Source: a virus
Lineage: Duplodnaviria; Caudoviricetes
Strand: one strand, 5' to 3'
IMG/VR virus record: IMGVR_UViG_3300030406_002145
Location: 1 to 59,030 of that record
DNA: 59,030 nt
Below the pieces are notes generated by a model. The model saw only the letters and a program-made list of their open reading frames with translations, did no database searches and was not told the DNA's origin. A program made the translations under genes and the position numbers. Below are positions 55,739 to 59,030 of this stretch, piece by piece (the first letter of the stretch is position 1; each line of letters starts with the position of its first letter).

Positions 55739-55797
55739 TTACTCTGATGAGTCCTTTGTGGACGAAACAAGTGTACACATGTACACTTGTCAGTAAT
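55738..55797 (+). ncRNA. Hammerhead ribozyme, type I (HH3)
   Basis: ATTACT / CTGATGA / GTCC tttgt GGAC / GAA-ACAAGTGTAC acat GTACACTTGT-C / AGTAAT; GUC site, predicted cut after 55791. Confidence 0.94.
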
Positions 55798-55814
55798 AAA
55801 CAACAACAAACAAA

Positions 55815-56057
55815 ATGACTGAATTAAAAAAAGATGCTCGTGATATATTAAATAGAATGAGAAAAGCTACGGCAGAAAGATTTAAACTATTAGTGATGTT
55901 TATAGTCACATTAGCATCCCTTGGTGGGGGTGGTTATGGTTGCTATGTATCATTAGAGAGTGCCGGTGGACAGATAATGACCTTCCTACTGTGTGCAGTA
56001 TGGGTATGGTTTGGTGTGGCTATGTTAGATTTATTTAGAGACATGTATAAAAAATAA
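55815..56057 (+). CDS. Small two-TM membrane protein
   Basis: Basic N-terminus and two hydrophobic helices. Confidence 0.7.
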   Translation: MTELKKDARDILNRMRKATAERFKLLVMFIVTLASLGGGGYGCYVSLESAGGQIMTFLLCAVWVWFGVAMLDLFRDMYKK

Positions 56058-56061
56058 AATT

Positions 56062-56250
56062 ATGGAAAAAGAAAACAAAAACTATTCAGTATCAGTATGG
56101 GATATTCAATTCTATATGGTAGATGAAGATGGAAACGAAAAATTAGATGATAATGGAAATATACAAAAATATATATTTGAGGGTAGATTAAAACCTTTAG
56201 AGTATTTATGTGAGGGTATGACAGAAGATGAATTAACTAAAATTAAATAA
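56062..56250 (+). CDS. Small acidic protein
   Basis: VWDIQFY.VDEDGN. Confidence 0.7.
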   Translation: MEKENKNYSVSVWDIQFYMVDEDGNEKLDDNGNIQKYIFEGRLKPLEYLCEGMTEDELTKIK

Positions 56251-56258
56251 ATAAAATT

Positions 56259-56390
56259 ATGGAACAAGAATTAAAACTAACAGATGAAGTTAACGATATA
56301 CTACAATATATAATTGACTTTGAATATCAAAGAATGTCTTCAAGTGGACAACAGATGATAGATGAATTAATAGAAATTATAAATAGATAA
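56259..56390 (+). CDS. Micro-ORF, 43 aa
   Basis: Hand-translated MEQELKLTDEVNDILQYIIDFEYQRMSSSGQQMIDELIEIINR. Confidence 0.65.
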   Translation: MEQELKLTDEVNDILQYIIDFEYQRMSSSGQQMIDELIEIINR

Positions 56391-56394
56391 AATC

Positions 56395-56523
56395 ATGAAA
56401 CAAGAATTAAAAATATTAAAAGAAGAGTTAGAGTGGTGGAGAACTTATGGAGAGTATGTAAACGCAAATTACTCAGGTGTGTGTGCAGAGGCTTCTGCCT
56501 ATGCAGACGGAGATATAGATTAA
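56395..56523 (+). CDS. Micro-ORF, 42 aa
   Basis: Hand-translated MKQELKILKEELEWWRTYGEYVNANYSGVCAEASAYADGDID. Confidence 0.65.
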   Translation: MKQELKILKEELEWWRTYGEYVNANYSGVCAEASAYADGDID

Positions 56524-56533
56524 TTAAAAATAA

Positions 56534-56565
56534 TTTGGAAATGTATAATAATTAAACTATCTTTA
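56534..56565 (+). promoter_or_regulatory. Early promoter (-33/-7)
   Basis: TTTG-N20-TATCTTTA. Confidence 0.6.
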
Positions 56566-56585
56566 TACAAGTAATGCATAATTTT

Positions 56586-56616
56586 AGGGAGGATGCGAAA
56601 GCTACCTCCCTTTTTT
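56586..56616 (+). terminator. Terminator-like hairpin with GAAA tetraloop
   Basis: AGGGAGG at GC gaaa GC ta CCTCCCT followed by a T-run. Confidence 0.7.
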
Positions 56617-56628
56617 AAACTTAATCAA

Positions 56629-56967
56629 ATGAAAGAAAAAATAAAACAAGACATAGAATATATATCTAAGGATAAAAACAATGTGTGCAACAATCCTGAT
56701 TACCTGAGATTGTTAAACCATCTATACGATAACTTCTCTGAGTTATCTAGAGGGGCATGGTTAATAACTGCACAACATCACAATGCTACAAGGTATGTTA
56801 AATCATTCCCTCATCTATCCGGCAAGATAGATAAATCACTTAACCAACTAATTAGATTAGCAGGTGGATACATTATAGAGGTACATGAAGACAAGTTCTC
56901 TTGGAACGATTGCGTGTATGATGACGCAAGTGATGTAGCAAATTGCATATGGGATAAAGAATCGTAG
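56629..56967 (+). CDS. Hypothetical protein
   Basis: Start moved to MKEKIK, after the hairpin. Confidence 0.7.
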   Translation: MKEKIKQDIEYISKDKNNVCNNPDYLRLLNHLYDNFSELSRGAWLITAQHHNATRYVKSFPHLSGKIDKSLNQLIRLAGGYIIEVHEDKFSWNDCVYDDASDVANCIWDKES

Positions 56968-56968
56968 T

Positions 56969-57244
56969 ATGAGTAAAAAGAAAATACAAGAAGTGTCTCG
57001 TAAAGTTTATGAGATGTTAGCATCTAAGAATGATGCGTATGGAGATTCGGCATTGAATCCTATAAATATATTTAGTAAAGGAAACGCAAGTGAATCCTTG
57101 TGTGCAAGAATAGACGACAAGTTATCAAGAATAAAAAATCGTGGGTTGTCAGACGAAACAGAAGACACTTTGTTTGATTTGTGTGGCTACCTAATTCTAT
57201 TAATAATAGCTAAAGAAAAAGAAAATGAAAGAAAGAATATTTAA
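56969..57244 (+). CDS. DUF1599-like (nucleotide-modification-associated) protein
   Basis: KNDAYGDS...RIDDKLSRI...DTLFDLCGY. Confidence 0.8.
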   Translation: MSKKKIQEVSRKVYEMLASKNDAYGDSALNPINIFSKGNASESLCARIDDKLSRIKNRGLSDETEDTLFDLCGYLILLIIAKEKENERKNI

Positions 57245-57518
57245 TTTATATGCTAAGCGAGTGGGAGAATTGTATAACCTTTCGCCTGAAGAGTTATTCA
57301 AAAAAAGCAAGACAAGAGAGTGCGTGGATGCAAGACATCTCCTGTACTACCTGTGTAGCAAGAGACCAATGCGTATCACATACATTCAAAAGTATATGAA
57401 AGAAAATGGATACACCATCAATCACTCTTCTATCATACATGGAATAAATGTTATGAAAGAAAAGATTAGTGAGGATGCAGATTATATTGAAGTAATAAAT
57501 AGCTTTGAGAATGTATAG
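57225..57518 (+). CDS. DnaA domain IV-like DNA-binding protein
   Basis: LSPEELFKKSKTRECVDARHLLYYL...HSSIIHG. Confidence 0.78.
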   Translation: MKERIFNLYAKRVGELYNLSPEELFKKSKTRECVDARHLLYYLCSKRPMRITYIQKYMKENGYTINHSSIIHGINVMKEKISEDADYIEVINSFENV

Positions 57519-57918
57519 CTTAGAGGATATATATAAAGAAGCAAGTACCGATGGAGATAGTGGTAATGTAAGTTCAACACAGTATGGGGCATACATATGC
57601 AGTGCTATCAAAATATCTAAGTGCTATGAAACTGATGAAATAAATATATATAACACCACATTGGGTGGAGACTACTACAAAGAGATAACCAAAGATGAGT
57701 ATAAAATTTTTCTAGCAAAGGGTTGGAGAATTGGAATATATGTATTATCTTTGTCTAATTATCGTAGAAAACTGACTAAAATAGAAAAGAAGATTAGGAT
57801 TCTACTAACAACAAATAAAAGCAATAAGGCTATACAAGATGCAAAGACCAGAAGGTTGAGCATCCTTAAAAATTTTAGCCGAGTGTCAAACAAATTAAAA
57901 GAATATCAATATGACTAA
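57511..57918 (+). CDS. Hypothetical protein
   Basis: Coupled ORF with basic C-terminus; start uncertain (57505 or 57511). Confidence 0.7.
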   Translation: MYSLEDIYKEASTDGDSGNVSSTQYGAYICSAIKISKCYETDEINIYNTTLGGDYYKEITKDEYKIFLAKGWRIGIYVLSLSNYRRKLTKIEKKIRILLTTNKSNKAIQDAKTRRLSILKNFSRVSNKLKEYQYD

Positions 57919-58507
57919 ATTAAAAAACTACTACAAATCACTGTCTGAATTACCTATTAAAAGATTGGTAGAAAAGAAAGGTGGATTAGACTACTTATCA
58001 TGGTCTAATGCATGGGACATGTTAAAGAAAGAACACCCAACTGCACAAAGGATTGTGTATGAATCACAACAAAACGGACTTAATTATTTTACGGATGGTA
58101 AAAGTGCTTATGTTAAGGTGGGCATCATAGTAAAAGACATTGAGCATATAGATTACTTACCGGTTATGGATTTTAGAAACAAATCAATATCTCTTGATAA
58201 GATTACATCAATGGATGTAAACAAAGCTATACAGAGAGCAACTGCAAAAGCTATTGCTATGCACGGGTTAGGACTTTCACTGTGGACGGGGGAAGACATA
58301 CCATCAGAGCCAACACCTACTAAGGAACTTGAAGTGCTAGAAATAGGTAGTGAGAAGTGGGCAAGAGTGGTAACTTATATTACTGCAAATAAAACTATGA
58401 CTGTAGATAAAATAATTCTTATGCTATCTAAAAAATATAAAGTGACTACTGCTATCACAAATGAGATTACTAAGTTAGTTAAGATGATTAACATAAAAAA
58501 GAAGTAA
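57911..58507 (+). CDS. Sak3/DUF1071 (Rad52-like) single-strand annealing protein
   Basis: YLSWSNAW, LPVMDFRNK, NKAIQR..KAIAMHGLGL...GED.P. Confidence 0.88.
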   Translation: MTKLKNYYKSLSELPIKRLVEKKGGLDYLSWSNAWDMLKKEHPTAQRIVYESQQNGLNYFTDGKSAYVKVGIIVKDIEHIDYLPVMDFRNKSISLDKITSMDVNKAIQRATAKAIAMHGLGLSLWTGEDIPSEPTPTKELEVLEIGSEKWARVVTYITANKTMTVDKIILMLSKKYKVTTAITNEITKLVKMINIKKK

Positions 58508-58509
58508 AG

Positions 58510-58632
58510 ATGGATTGGTGGACAGAGCCATACCAAGAGTATGTAGATATAAAAGAGTGCTTACATTGTGGAGAAGAGACAACAAAAGATTTTTGTTGCA
58601 AGGGTTGTAGGAATGCTTACTTTACTGATTAA
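58510..58632 (+). CDS. Micro-ORF, 40 aa, Zn-finger
   Basis: CLHCGE...FCCKGC. Confidence 0.65.
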   Translation: MDWWTEPYQEYVDIKECLHCGEETTKDFCCKGCRNAYFTD

Positions 58633-58722
58633 TAATATGGGGTGTGCTTGTTGTTTAAAATGTCGTCCAACAACAAAAGTGTTCAACGCACCCCATATAA
58701 ACTTTAACTTAATTTATATATT

Positions 58723-58881
58723 ATGAACAAATCAATTGACAAAACCAAACATACATACATAAAAGATATAAACTTAGAATTAGAGTATACTTACGATGAT
58801 AAAAGTAATATTGTATACGATTTAAAAAAACTAAGAAGACACTTTAGAAATATAGTAAACACATTAAAAGATGAAAGATAA
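58723..58881 (+). CDS. Micro-ORF, 52 aa
   Basis: MNKSIDKTKHTYIKDINLELEYTYDD...; overlaps the exonuclease start. Confidence 0.6.
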   Translation: MNKSIDKTKHTYIKDINLELEYTYDDKSNIVYDLKKLRRHFRNIVNTLKDER

Positions 58882-59030
58882 AGAAATACTTAATCTACTA
58901 AAAGATGATGAGCAATATTATAGTGGGGTAGGTAAAAACTATTTATCTAACTCTGATATAAGTGCATTGCTCAAAAACCCAAAGATGTTTGGTAAAGAGC
59001 AACCTGACAATATAAACTTTATCAAAGGTA
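58871..59030 (+). CDS. N-terminus of the RecE-like exonuclease (continues across the junction)
   Basis: MKDKEILNLLKDDEQYYSG..., in frame with 1..723. Confidence 0.85.
   Translation, partial: MKDKEILNLLKDDEQYYSGVGKNYLSNSDISALLKNPKMFGKEQPDNINFIKG
58880..59030. repeat. Terminal direct repeat, copy 2
   Basis: 151 bp match to 1-151 with 2 mismatches. Confidence 0.97.

Noticed and set aside
1-59030. Stop-codon recoding, DGR, or lysogeny module
   Set aside because: Genes are intact in the standard code with all three stops used; no reverse transcriptase, template/variable repeat pair or integrase recognised

Overview
The window is an apparently complete, circularly assembled genome of a tailed dsDNA phage. 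It is about 58,879 bp unique, because 1-151 repeats at 58880-59030 with two synonymous differences. The host is most likely Bacteroidota (Flavobacteriia-like): there are many TAnnTTTG promoters and A-rich leaders without Shine-Dalgarno sequences. The + strand arm (50876-59030, continuing at 1-7470) holds early, recombination and replication genes: amidoligase, GATase-GGCT fusion, a micro-ORF array, Sak3-like SSAP, RecE-like exonuclease, SSB, primase-helicase, SF2 helicase, VRR-NUC and a metallophosphoesterase. The - strand arm (50389 to 7467) holds GroEL/GroES, an envelope/lysis cluster, terminase, portal, scaffold, major capsid, podovirus-type tail and ejection proteins. I recognised no DNA polymerase, integrase, tRNA or CRISPR array. 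The most notable non-coding structure: (1) three complete hammerhead ribozymes in the early transcript, two bracketing the amidoligase gene and one directly after the GATase-GGCT gene; (2) two origin-like elements with identical CGACA/IHF-site spacing that bracket the early region; (3) a dispersed GTGTAC-N4-GTACAC palindrome reused in a ribozyme stem and a terminator; (4) a cassette-like micro-ORF array with shared flanking repeats, one of which duplicates a ribozyme cleavage site. All protein calls come from motif recognition by eye, not database searches.
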